This document shows, piece after piece, positions 10,597 to 21,519 of a stretch of DNA of 64,000 nt. The notes below the pieces were generated by a model. That model did no database searches, was not told the DNA's origin, and worked only from the letters and a program-made list of their open reading frames with translations. How positions within the stretch are numbered: the stretch's first letter is position 1; each line of letters starts with the position of its first letter. The stretch is from Rebecca billardiae RCC1528 (lineage: Eukaryota > Protista > Haptophyta), in assembly GCA_965240325.2 (NCBI GenBank), contig OZ251228.1, forward strand, positions 1,922,001-1,986,000. The letters are read 5' to 3'. A program made the position numbers and the translations under genes.

Positions 10597-11311
10597 GTCG
10601 GCGAGCACGCGCGCAAGGCCGAACTTCAAGGCGTTCGTATCGGCTGGGCTCGCGGGCGGGCACCCAGGGTCCGCGACAGCCCGGCACCACACTCGCTTCG
10701 CGGCGATTTTCACCTTCGCCCACCGCCAGTGTCGTGAAACTTCGCGCTCGCGGGTTTGGTGTACGGGCCCGCATAATGAACAGAAAAAATGTTATTTTCG
10801 GATAAATTATCATTAATATTGAACGTAGTCTGCTGCTTATTTATAATATTATTTTATTTCCACATCGCGCTGTAATATTAATAAGCAGCGCCGAAGTTTT
10901 TCAACATAGCTCACTTACGCCAAGCTGTATCGTATATATATATATATATATATGTATATACCGCCATCACGCACTATATATATATATATCATCTGCTTAT
11001 TAATTAGTTCGGGTCGGCTGCTGACGACTAGTTACTATAAGACCATGTAGCTATTGCTAATACAGTTCGTCGTCTGACTGTCGTCACGGCGGTGGTGCCA
11101 GCAGACGACTACTGACTACTAGATACACGCGCCGTTTATAATACCGTTATCATAATCTGACTAGATACACTACGCTAGCAGTAGTTAAGCGTCGTCACGA
11201 CCGGCTGCAATATGTATGCACTGCCTATGGCCATGGGCGGCTATGGCTCGGTACTGTCCCGAGTAATCGGAGTATGTAAGCAGCTACTAGCTTAGCGCTA
11301 GTAGTTACGCA

Positions 11312-11456
<145 letters not shown>

Positions 11457-11569
11457 AATAAACAGCCGGTCCAGGACCGCATCAGTCATCACTCTGCATC
11501 AGCCTCAGGAGTCAGGGGCCGGGGGGCTCTCTCTCTCTCTCTCTAAACAGCCGTCCAGGACCGCATATC

Positions 11570-14554
11570 CCGGCTCTTGGAATCTGCTGAGGGACCTGCG
11601 TACACTGTGGGCGCTCAGCCTCAGGGGACCTGCCAGCGTAACGGCCTAACGGGCGTAACGGCCAACGGGTTACGCGCAACGCCGTAACTGCGTAGTGCGT
11701 CGCACGGTCGCAAGACTCGTGAGCAGCGTACAAGTCACACACTCTCAACTCTTGTGCGGTTGTGCCTTATTGAGATCTACACTGACAATCGACAATGACA
11801 GATAACAGATAGACAGACAGTCGTATGGTACGTCGTCAGACACTACTTACTTAACCAACGGACCGTACACGGTACAGTTTACTAAGAATAAGAGACGCAC
11901 ACAGTACAGTTTACTAAGAATAAGAGACGCACACAGCTCAGGCAGGCGAGATTGACGCCCGCCAACTGTCACCGCCCATGAAGCCGTCGCCGATGGTAGC
12001 GCCACAGTTTACTATGATTTAACGTGCACACTTGGTTAAGGCGTGATTAACGCCATCCAACACTGCACAAAGACACCGCCACAAAACAGACCGGCGCAGG
12101 CTGGGTGAGGGTGGTGGTTGGTTGGGGGCTGGCCAGGGTAGGGCTGGAGGCTTCGGCCGCCAGTCTGATCACCCGGAGCCCGTTATAAAGGGGAATTTAA
12201 AAAAAAGGCAGGTGAACAGTTTACTAAGAATAAGAGACGCACACAGCTCAGGCAGGCGAGATGACCAGTTTCCGTTCACAAGAACTTCCGACCGCGGCCG
12301 GCCGCGCCCGGGCGGGCGCACCCACGATGCCCCGACGAGACGCGAGCGAGAAGGCGACGTGCGAGGGCTGCCACTACGAGTTCTGCGCGAAGAACCTGGC
12401 GAAGCACAGGCGGTTGTGCGCAGCCTACGAGGCGCTACTCTCGAGGCAGCAGCAAGCTTTCGCTGCGTTTCACGGCTTCAAGCGCGGCGCGGTTGAGCTC
12501 GCGTCCGACCCCATCGAGGACGCGGACTCTGACGATGACGATGCAGGTGCTGCGGACGCAGCGCGCGCGGACCCGAGGCGCCGGCGCATCGACGAATCTG
12601 GCGACGTCCAGTCCGCCAGCTGGACGCCGCCAGAGCCGCGGGCGAGACAGCCCAGCTGGACGCCGCCAGGGCCGCGGGCGAGCGCGGCCGACGACTGCGC
12701 TGCTGCCGACGCACTGGATTTGACTCAAGCAGACAGCGACGGCAACGGTGATGACGCGTCACACGCACTGCTGCCGCCCTCGAGCCACGGGTCGCTGCTC
12801 ATGCAGGTGGCGCGCACCAGCGAGCAGATGAGCCGTCGACGCGTCCCTCCCTGAGCAAGAGGTGAACTCGCTGCTGCGGGAGCGCGATGCTGCCCCTCGC
12901 GCCTTTATCGAGCTCCTCCGTCAAGGCGTCAACTCGCTGGCGACCTGCGCCGAGGCGACGTGTCGCGCGTGATGCCCGCGCCGGCCGGCTCGCAGCAGCT
13001 TGGCGTGCCCGCTCTCGAGTTCCTGCGCGCCAACATGGCCGACCTCGAGAACTGCACGCTGCAGCTGATTCGCGAGCACAAGGCGATCTCGCTGACGCTG
13101 CCCTTGGAGCTGCGGCTCGGCGCAGCTTTCCGCCGCGAGTTCCCGATGATCGAGTCGAAGCCCAAAGCGGAGGAGGCGCGGCGCGCGATCAAGTTCGCGC
13201 TGAACGGCGTCGCCGAGATGGCGAAGCGCATCGCTGACAACTACGAGCTGCGCAGGTTTCGGCAGCAGGGCAGCGCCGAGCATCTGCTCGCGGCGATGGC
13301 GGGCTGCCTCGACCTGCGCAAGATGGCCAGCTTGAGCGTCGAGGGCGAGCAGTACCGCGCCCTTGCTGCTGGGCATCTGCGCACCCTCGCCGGCTGGGCG
13401 CGCCCGTCTGCCGGAACGCCCTCCGGCTCCGCGCGCGGCGCGCGCACCGTCGCCGACTTTGTCGGCGCGCCCGACTCTGCTTCCCGGTGGCACGGCATCA
13501 CGCTGCCGCGAGACGAGGTGGTCGTCGGCGAGTTCAACGCGCTCTGCCGCTTGCTGATCGACGCGAGTGAGCTGCACCGCGCGCGGTGGCTCGGGGCGAC
13601 CAGCTCGACCGTGCTCGTGCAGGACGTCTTCTCTCTTCCCAAGTTCTACGAGTGCTGCCTCAGCTACCTCTACCTCTTCCAGCACTGCGCGCTCAAGGGC
13701 GCGTCTGAGGCGGTCGTCGAGGGCATGGGAGGCGTGTGGGACCGCTGCGCGACGCCGGGGCGCCACCTCTCGTTCAAGGCGGGCGTCGAGGAAGCAGTGG
13801 TCTGCTGGAACGCGCCCAAGCCGCACCTCGCCGAGTGCATCCCCTTCCTCGATCGCGCGCTGTCGATCCACTTCAAGGGCAGGGCGTGGCACTTCACGCA
13901 CACCTCCGCGGCCACGCGGAACCGCGCCGAGCAGAGCACGTCGTGCAGAAGCACGGGCGCGGAGGGTCCAAGCTGCCCGCTGACATCTGGAAGGTGCACG
14001 GTGGCACGCGCGCGGCGCGCCCGCCGCCCAACACGGCGCCGGCGCGCGTGTGCTGACATCCCCCTGCCCCGTGCTCACGCCTGCGCAGTGAGCGCCCTGC
14101 GCTTGTCGCTTGCGCCAATGTCGGCATCGAGGTCTACATCACGCAGCCCCGCGGGCCCGCGCCCGCCGCCCCTGCGGGCCAGCGCGCACGAAAACAGCCA
14201 TAACTCTTCACCATCAACTCGGATCGAGGTGCGGATTGAAGCATTTGCATCGTAAGGGCCTCGCGCGTCTTTTTGGCGTGTAGCGCGCGGCTCTGCGCGC
14301 CGCGCGCGCCTGCGGCGCGCGCGCCGCGCCGCTCCACCAGCACCGCAACTCAGCTCACCAGACACTCACACTGCGTCGGCGCGCGCTGCGCGCGCGGCGC
14401 GCCGCGCGCGCGCGCGCTCAGACCGTCGTGCACTCAGACACTGACAGACGACAATCTGTCACACTAGGGACCTTCCGTATCAGGAACCTGCGCAGGTCCC
14501 TCCCTCAGGGGCCTGCGTATGAAATACGGACGTTACGCCTTTTCCAAGAGCCGG
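11570..14554 (+). mobile_element. hAT-like DNA transposon, probably defective
   Basis: 13-bp TIR CCGGCTCTTGGAA (11570-11582) / TTCCAAGAGCCGG (14542-14554); 8-bp TSD CGCATATC (11562-11569 and 14555-14562); inner 12-bp IR at 11589-11600 / 14491-14502. Confidence 0.85.
12326..14255 (+). pseudogene. Fragmented hAT-like transposase (N-terminal C2HC finger; C-terminal dimerisation-like motif)
   Basis: CEGCHYEFCAKNLAKHRRLC in the first ORF; LKGASEAVVEGMGGVW...GRHLSF...VCWN resembles the hAT C-terminal S.A..ER.FS region. No clear DDE core seen. Confidence 0.5.
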
Positions 14555-14888
14555 CGCATATCAGTCATCGCTCTGCATCAGCCTCAGGAGTCAGGGGCCG
14601 GGGGGCATTAGCACTTCAGCAGACTCTGCAGAGCCAGTAGCTACCTAATAGTACGACAGTAATACTCTAACTGCTAACCTATATACTGCAAGTACTGACT
14701 ATAACGGTAGTCAGTATAGTTACTCGACAGTAGCTTTTAAATACGCATCATTAGTGATCACCATACATTAATAACATACTATACAGATGTCATTACTATA
14801 GTCATTACGACATGTCATTGTCAATTAAATCCGCGAACTAATACATACATGATACATATACTCTATATATTTAACGACGTATATATAT

Positions 14889-15210
14889 TGTCAAAGGAAT
14901 CGCCAATCTACAGTGATTTCCAATTTCCAATCCAACATTTTACTCGCAGTCACACAGTGGCGGCGCGACCGCTGCGGCGGCGCTCGCACAAAATCCTCCA
15001 AAATCGACCTGAACCTCATCCTAAAATACAGCAGGACAGCATGGCTGGCGGCGACCTGGCGGCGACATCTCGAAGCATTCCAGATGCTTCTTAGAAATGA
15101 ACGAAACATGAGCCGATCACACAAAACACGCTGAGCTCACCACCGCAAACAAGAGCCGAAGCCGTCGACCGACCTCGCGACCGTCAAGCCTCGAGACGCG
15201 TTCCCTGACA
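14889..15210 (+). repeat. 5' LTR (322 bp)
   Basis: TG...CA ends; direct repeat of 18052-18379. Confidence 0.93.
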
Positions 15211-17783
15211 TGCTAGCACGGTGCTGGGAGAACTTGGGCAAGGATGGAGACGACGAGAACAGCGGCAAGGACGTGAACGGCCATCAGCCCGCCCCAGTTG
15301 CTCCCCTCATTGGGTTGAAGCCAGGCGTGGCCGAGCGCGCGGCAATGCCGCGCGGCTCATCGGCGGTTGCGCGCAAGCGCACGCCAGACTACCTCGCGGC
15401 TGCCCTGAGGGGCATGCAGGCTGAGAAGAACCGGCAAGGCGAGAAGCTCACGCTTCTCCGCAAGCCCATCTCCAGCGCCTCCGGGCCTGGCAACATCGCT
15501 GACCTGAACTCAGGCAGCATCGTGTCGTATGCGCGCAATGCTGCATCGCACGCAAGGCCTCGAGCCGACATCAAGGATCACCTTGAGGAGGAGGTTCGCG
15601 CACAGCGCGGTGAGGAGGAGCGTTGCCGCTCGCATCCCCCGCCATCGCGCCACTCCATCCGCACGCACGTCGTTGCGCAGGGGATCTCAACAACTACCGC
15701 CCGGGACTCTGCGCCCGCGAGCGCGGTTCAAGAGCGCGCGGCTGAGAGCCCGCAGCTCAAGGAGTGCCTTGCGGCCTCCGAGTCATCGAACGAGGTCACC
15801 GAGCGTTCCGGGGCAGATGTAGCGCTCGACGCTGCTGCCGCTGATGCCGCTCCGACCGTCGAGGCCCTCGAGCCTGCCGACGCTGCTCCGCGTGCTGGCC
15901 ATCTGGCCGCCGCCTGTGACAGCGCAGGTCGTGCCACCGCCGCAGTCAGTCTGCAGCCTCGCGCGCATGACACTGTGTCTGAGTCTGACCGATCGAACGA
16001 GGACATTAGCACCGATGAGTGCGACGCAAACGACCTGTATGGTCTGGCAGAGCAAACTATGCTCCAAGATGCTACGACACGTGACTCTGTCACAGCGAGC
16101 TCAAGCATCAAGTCAGCGGCCGCATTTATTATTGATGCGCCTGACCCAAACAAATACGTTTACCCCAAAATTACCAGCCTCACGATGGCTTCCGAAGCCG
16201 AGCTGCTCGCCACGAGCGACACAAGCAGCCGCGAGATGACCGCCGCAGAGACGGCAGAGTCCTCGTCTGGCACGTATCGACTCGCGTCGAACGTAGGAAG
16301 CGCATGCGATGCAGGGGGGGCATCATACACCTGCTTGACGGCAAAGCCGCAGCAAAACCAAGTTGGCGAGCGCGACGCGCGTGCGCATGCATCAGCTGCG
16401 TCAGCCATCACAACGCCACACTCTTGCAAGGAAGAGTATTCCGCCGAAGCTGCCGCGGATGCACATGCATCACCGCTGGACAGAACGAGCGTGAAGAAGC
16501 CCAAAGAAGGCACCACAGCCTCGACGAGGGTCACTCCTCGCTCGAAGGTAGAGCGCGAATCGCCACAGAGCGCGCGCGACACATCGACCAATGCACTTGA
16601 GTCGAAGAAACGTGACTGGATAGTCATCGAAGGAGGAGTCACAGACTCTAATCCAACCAAGAAGGAACGTGTGTTCATGGCACGCGAATCCTCGGCAGGA
16701 GTGGATACACCCGCCACACACAAGCTGACACAGTCAGCTCTGAAATCCAAGCGCGCGGTACACAGCGCGATACGGGATGCACTCGCAGAAGTGAGCACCT
16801 ACTACAAGGGCAAATCCTCAGATGTCACACCTGACATAATGGAGCCCAAGGATAGCAAGCTATCCGGCTTTCAACTCATTGCCAAAGACAAATGGGTGAA
16901 AGACGCAGCCAAAATCGATCCATACAAGGCTGACAACGCTGACGCCAACAAGATCGGATCGGTCTACGATCGATCTGCGGCAGCGATATTCAAGCAGCTG
17001 AAGGACTCTATTGAGCCTCAGTTATTCGCCTATCTGGAATCGAAGCTGCACATCAGCGATCCGACCAAGAACTACTTGGATCTGGCGCTGCTGCTACAGA
17101 TATTTGAGCGCGAGCTCAAGATCACAACTATGTCCGAACTCAGGGATGAATTCCTGAAGTTATACCCGACAAAGGTGTCGCCCATTGGCGCATCGGACAT
17201 TATCAAGAAATCCGTCGAGCAAGTCCGCTCATCTCGATATGGGAATCTGGACGATGCTACGATGTTGGTCTTCAAGCTGTATAACAGCATGCACGACCAT
17301 CCCCAAGTCTACGAGTCAGTTATCTCGCACTTCGGAGCGCTCACGCCCGAGCAATGTGTGGATAACACTGACCAGATAATGGCCCAGATGGAAGATGCCT
17401 ACAAACGGCACGGCTCAATGAAGCTACTCCATCAGAACAATACCAAGGGGAGAGAGACCGAAAATTATTCCAAGATACGCCAAAATGCTGATTATCAGCA
17501 AGGCACGCGGCGACGCGGTGACTTTGAGGGCGCCGAAGTCTTCGCCGCTCAGGCCCAAAAGGCTCCAGCCAATGGCGAGAGCGGGCCGAATAACTCGGAC
17601 ACCGGCAAACGGTGCACTCACTGTGGTCTCAAGAACCATACTGCCCAGCAGTGTTGGAAGCTCCACCCAGAGCTACGCCCCAAGGCCAACAATTACAACA
17701 AAGGCAAAAACAAGGGAGCCAACAAATTTCCCAAGGAGCGTATCCATTTCCTGGATATTCCTGCTCCGGATGCCTATGATTAA
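15210..17783 (+). CDS. gag: Gag-like protein, 857 aa, with C-terminal CCHC zinc knuckle
   Basis: CTHCGLKNHTAQQCWKLHPELRP is a copia-type knuckle; the ORF is uninterrupted between the LTRs; no protease/integrase/RT/RNaseH follows. Confidence 0.8.
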   Translation: MLARCWENLGKDGDDENSGKDVNGHQPAPVAPLIGLKPGVAERAAMPRGSSAVARKRTPDYLAAALRGMQAEKNRQGEKLTLLRKPISSASGPGNIADLNSGSIVSYARNAASHARPRADIKDHLEEEVRAQRGEEERCRSHPPPSRHSIRTHVVAQGISTTTARDSAPASAVQERAAESPQLKECLAASESSNEVTERSGADVALDAAAADAAPTVEALEPADAAPRAGHLAAACDSAGRATAAVSLQPRAHDTVSESDRSNEDISTDECDANDLYGLAEQTMLQDATTRDSVTASSSIKSAAAFIIDAPDPNKYVYPKITSLTMASEAELLATSDTSSREMTAAETAESSSGTYRLASNVGSACDAGGASYTCLTAKPQQNQVGERDARAHASAASAITTPHSCKEEYSAEAAADAHASPLDRTSVKKPKEGTTASTRVTPRSKVERESPQSARDTSTNALESKKRDWIVIEGGVTDSNPTKKERVFMARESSAGVDTPATHKLTQSALKSKRAVHSAIRDALAEVSTYYKGKSSDVTPDIMEPKDSKLSGFQLIAKDKWVKDAAKIDPYKADNADANKIGSVYDRSAAAIFKQLKDSIEPQLFAYLESKLHISDPTKNYLDLALLLQIFERELKITTMSELRDEFLKLYPTKVSPIGASDIIKKSVEQVRSSRYGNLDDATMLVFKLYNSMHDHPQVYESVISHFGALTPEQCVDNTDQIMAQMEDAYKRHGSMKLLHQNNTKGRETENYSKIRQNADYQQGTRRRGDFEGAEVFAAQAQKAPANGESGPNNSDTGKRCTHCGLKNHTAQQCWKLHPELRPKANNYNKGKNKGANKFPKERIHFLDIPAPDAYD

Positions 17784-18051
17784 CTATCAAGGCAGGGCAT
17801 GACCCAATAACAAGGTCCAAAATCAAGGCCAAAGAGTGAACATATGGTGCAAATAAGCCCAGGACTGACTCGGGTTACCCAAAACCGTCACACGGAAGTC
17901 CCAGCACATGACCCGTATCCTGGCATTGGCAACCAGCATTACTGACTCCAATTCACTCATGCACACAGATGCACAAACAATACCAAGCCCAAAATCACTC
18001 ATAATCCAAGCTTAGTCCTCACAGACGAGCGCATATTGGATTGAGGGGGGG

Positions 18052-18379
18052 TGTCAAAGGAATCGCCAATCTACAGTGATTTCCAATTTCCAATCCAACA
18101 TTTTACTCGCAGTCACACAGTGGCGGCGCGACCGCTGCGGCGGCGCTCGCACAAAATCCTCCAAAATCGACCTGAACCTCATCCTAAAATACAGCAGGAC
18201 AGCATGGCTGGCGGCGACCTGGCGGCGACATCTCGAAGCATTCCAGATGCTTCTTAGAAATGAACGAAACATGAGCCGATCACACAAAACACGCTGAGCT
18301 CACCACCGCAAACAAGAGCCGAAGCCGTCGACCGACCTCGCGACCGTGACCGTCAAGCCTCGAGACGCGTTCCCTGACA
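18052..18379 (+). repeat. 3' LTR (328 bp)
   Basis: Preceded by the PPT, followed by TSD TATAT. Confidence 0.93.
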
Positions 18380-18647
18380 TATATATTATATTAATATATA
18401 TATGCTGCTGTTATTATTACCAGTTCGACTGTCTGACGACCGTTCACTCTTAAGCTGACTCAACAGTATTATTCAGTAGTAATGACGGCTGACGGTACCC
18501 GGGCCCGGCTCGCGGGCCCGGCACGGGCGGCTCGTCAGGTCGACCGCGCGGATTAGGATATCGGGGCCCTTAGCCCTGGGGCGATGCCGATGCCGCCGCG
18601 GGCGGATGCGACTACGCCGACGGCATCGGCTGAAGGCCTGAAGAATA

Positions 18648-21278
18648 TCAGCGCCAGCCACGCGACGAAGAGGAGTCCAGATGCCGAGCCGTCGCCGCCG
18701 CGCCACTCCTGCGTTGCAGCGCGCGAGACAGCGCATTGACGACATCATCCGCCCCCTGCAAAGCGCAAGGCCAAGCGCGCAGTGCAGTGGAGGGCAGCGG
18801 CCGGGTGGAGTCGTGAGGCTTTGGGGCGCTCGCAGCCGGCGCGCATCGCAGCGAGGCTGACGTCGGGCGGGCGGGCGGGCGCACGCGCGCACCCCGCCGT
18901 CGTCGTCCTCGGCGGTGGCGGCGCCCTTGCTCGCGTTCGGAGGGGGCATCGGCGGATCGAGCATGGCGGCCAGATCCTGCGTGCCATCCGCACACGCACG
19001 TGCACGCGCACACGCGCACATGCAGGTTGGGACGCAGCAGGTGTCAGGCCGAGGGTAGCCGTGTCGGCCCGCTACCGGCTGCCACGCCTGCCACGCGCTG
19101 CCGCAGCCGACGTGCCCGCGGACTCGACGCTCGCGGCTGGGCACCCGCCGCCGTGCGCTTGCAGGCGCGGCGCGACACTCCCCCATACGCCCCTTGCCCC
19201 CCACGTCGCCCCCCGCGGTCGCTTGCGCGCCGCACCTGCGGCAGCATCGACTTGCGCGTGACGTGGCGCATCTTTGACGAGTTGAACGAGCGGAGCGCCT
19301 CCTTGAAGGGCACCGCGCCCGAGGCGGGCTCGTCGTGCTCGGACTCTGCGCGCGCGGCCGGGCGGGCGGGCGTGCCCGGCGTGCCGCCGAGGCGGAGCAC
19401 GCCCGCGTGCTGCTGCGAGGGCGAGAGCCGCGGGTCCACGTTCTCAGCCCCCGGCTGCGAGGGCGAGCCGTCGCCGCCTGCCCCGCCCGAGCGGCCGTGC
19501 GCGGGCGGCGGCGGCGGCGGCGCAAGACTCGGGCTTGGCGTACACAGCGCGGCGGCCTCGGGCACGTCCGCGGCGAGCTGCCACTCCGCCATCCCCTCGC
19601 GCCACACGTACGTCTCGCGCGTCACCGCGCCCCCCTCCACGATCAGCGCGAGCTGCGCGTACGTGATGGGCCCCTGCGTGGACACGTCTGATCCCAGGTA
19701 GTACCACACCGGCTCGTCCGAGCCGGCAGCATGGCTGCCGGCAGCATGGCTGCCCGCATCATGGCCGCCGGCTGCGGCGCGGCCGGGCGCGGAGACGGCG
19801 GGCTCGGCCGAGCCGAGCTCGGCGTCGTGCGCGGCGGGCGCGTCCACGAAGACCACGCCGTCGCTGTCCTCGTGCACGCTCGCCCCAGAGGTGAGGCTCG
19901 ACTCCGCACTCGGCTCGGTTGCATCGGCGTCGCGCGCCGCGCCGCTCAGGCCGAGGCCGGCGCGCCGGTAGCTCTGCGGCCGCGCGGCGACGGCGACGGG
20001 CTCGGTCATGGGCGCGACCGCGGCGCCGAGGTCCCCCCACGAGCTCAGCGCGCCGTCCAGCCCGAGGCCCATGTGCCCCGTGTGCTGCACGCTCAGCGGC
20101 ATCGAGATGTCGGCCGGCCCACCTTCGCCGTCCGCCTTGGCGCCGCCGCCGCCGCCGACGGCCGCCGCGCCGTCACTGACGCTGATGCTGCCGACGGCGC
20201 TCGAGACGGCCTGCGCGGCGGCGAGGAAGCCGCCGCGGAGGCTGGGCCACACCGTGCCCGTCGCGGACGAGCCCGATGCCTGCCGCGAGACGCTCGTCTC
20301 CACGCGCTGCAGCAGCGCGTGCGCCGCGCCCGCGCGCGCCCCGTCCGCGAGCGGCGGCATGGTGTAGGGCGGCGAGGCTGCCGGCGGGAGCGGTGGCACC
20401 GGCGGCGCGGCCGTGCGCGCGGCGGCGAGTGTCTGGCACAGGCTGGCGGAGCCCGCGACGCTGGCGGAGGGCAGCGCGGCGATCGCCGCCGCCGCGTGGC
20501 GCAGCGCCTCGTCCAGCAGCCGCACGCGCTCGCACTCGGCGGCATGCACCGCGCGCGTCGCCGCGGGCAGCCGCGCGCCATACAGCTCTGAGTGCGCCTC
20601 ATTCGCCGCCTCCAGCGCGGCCTCCGCCTTGGCCTGGGCGAGGCCGAGCGCCTCGCGCGCCTCGGCGCCGATCTCAAGGAGGCGCAGCAGCTGCGCCGCG
20701 CCCGGGCCGCTCGGCGCCATCGCCTCGCCGTCGGCGCGCAGCTGCGCCTCCGCCTCGCGCGCCGCGGCCACGTCCTCGCTGCAGCGGACCGCGTGCGCGG
20801 CCGCGCGCGTCGCGTTGGTGGTGAGGCCGTTGAGCTTGCGCTCGCACGCCTCGGCCTCGTGCACGGCCTGGCGCACGTCGCGCGGCGCCTGCGTCGCGTA
20901 CGTGTCCAGCGGGCGGCAGACGTTCGACTCGAGCTCGTTGGCGAGCGTCGTGTGGTGCACGGCTGTCGAGTGCACGTGCTCGCGCAGCTCGTCCCACACG
21001 GCCTGCAGCGCGCCGTTGCACAGCTGCTCGCCCTGCGCGCGTGCGCTCGAGCCGACGCCCTGCCCGCTCAGCCGCACGAGCATCCGCGCGTGCTCGCGGT
21101 GCTGCTCCGCGAGCTTGTCGAAGAAGAGCTTCACGCCGCGGAGGGAGCGGAGCCCCTTGTCGAGCGTGCGCGCGCGCAGCTTGAGCTCGCCGACCGCGTC
21201 GGCGTGCGCGCGCACGTGGCCCTCGTACATGCTACCCAGGTGGCATGGCGTCGTGCTCCAGTGGATCGGGTCGTGCAT
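18648..21278 (-). CDS. F-BAR + CRIB + GYF_2 + WH2/central-helix protein (WASP-like); predicted introns 18977-19235 and 18756-18892
   Basis: Helical FCH-like N-terminus; CRIB ISMPLSVQHTGHMG; GYF_2 WYYLG..QGP...TYVWREGMAEW; polyproline; WH2-like FKEALRSFNSSKMRHV; last exon DDVVNALSRALQRRS...W. Both introns are GT-AG and phase 0. Confidence 0.7.
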
Positions 21279-21519
21279 ATCGCCGCCCGCCTCGCCTCGT
21301 CCCGCGCGCGCGGGGGGCGGTCGAAGTCCACCCGGCCAAAAGACGCGTGAGCGTTTCGGCCACTCTGAACTCGTGGGCGGCGGGGTTTGCGACTTTATTT
21401 GACCGGGCGGCGGGCTCCGGACTTTTCTGTGCTGAGTTTGGAGTGCCGGACACTCCGAACCTGCTGCTGAGTCTGTCTGTCACTCTGTGACTCTGAGTGC
21501 GGCGCTCTCCTCGGAGTTC

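Larger units (their letters stand above)
14889..18379 (+). mobile_element. Gag-only (non-autonomous) copia-like LTR retrotransposon
   Basis: LTRs 14889-15210 and 18052-18379 (TGTCA...TGACA), identical by eye except a 6-bp GACCGT duplication; 5-bp TSD TATAT; polypurine tract GATTGAGGGGGGG before the 3' LTR. Confidence 0.93.

Noticed and set aside
11481-14606. 47-bp direct repeats as LTR-like ends
   Set aside because: Better explained as a local tandem duplication whose second copy was split by the TIR element.
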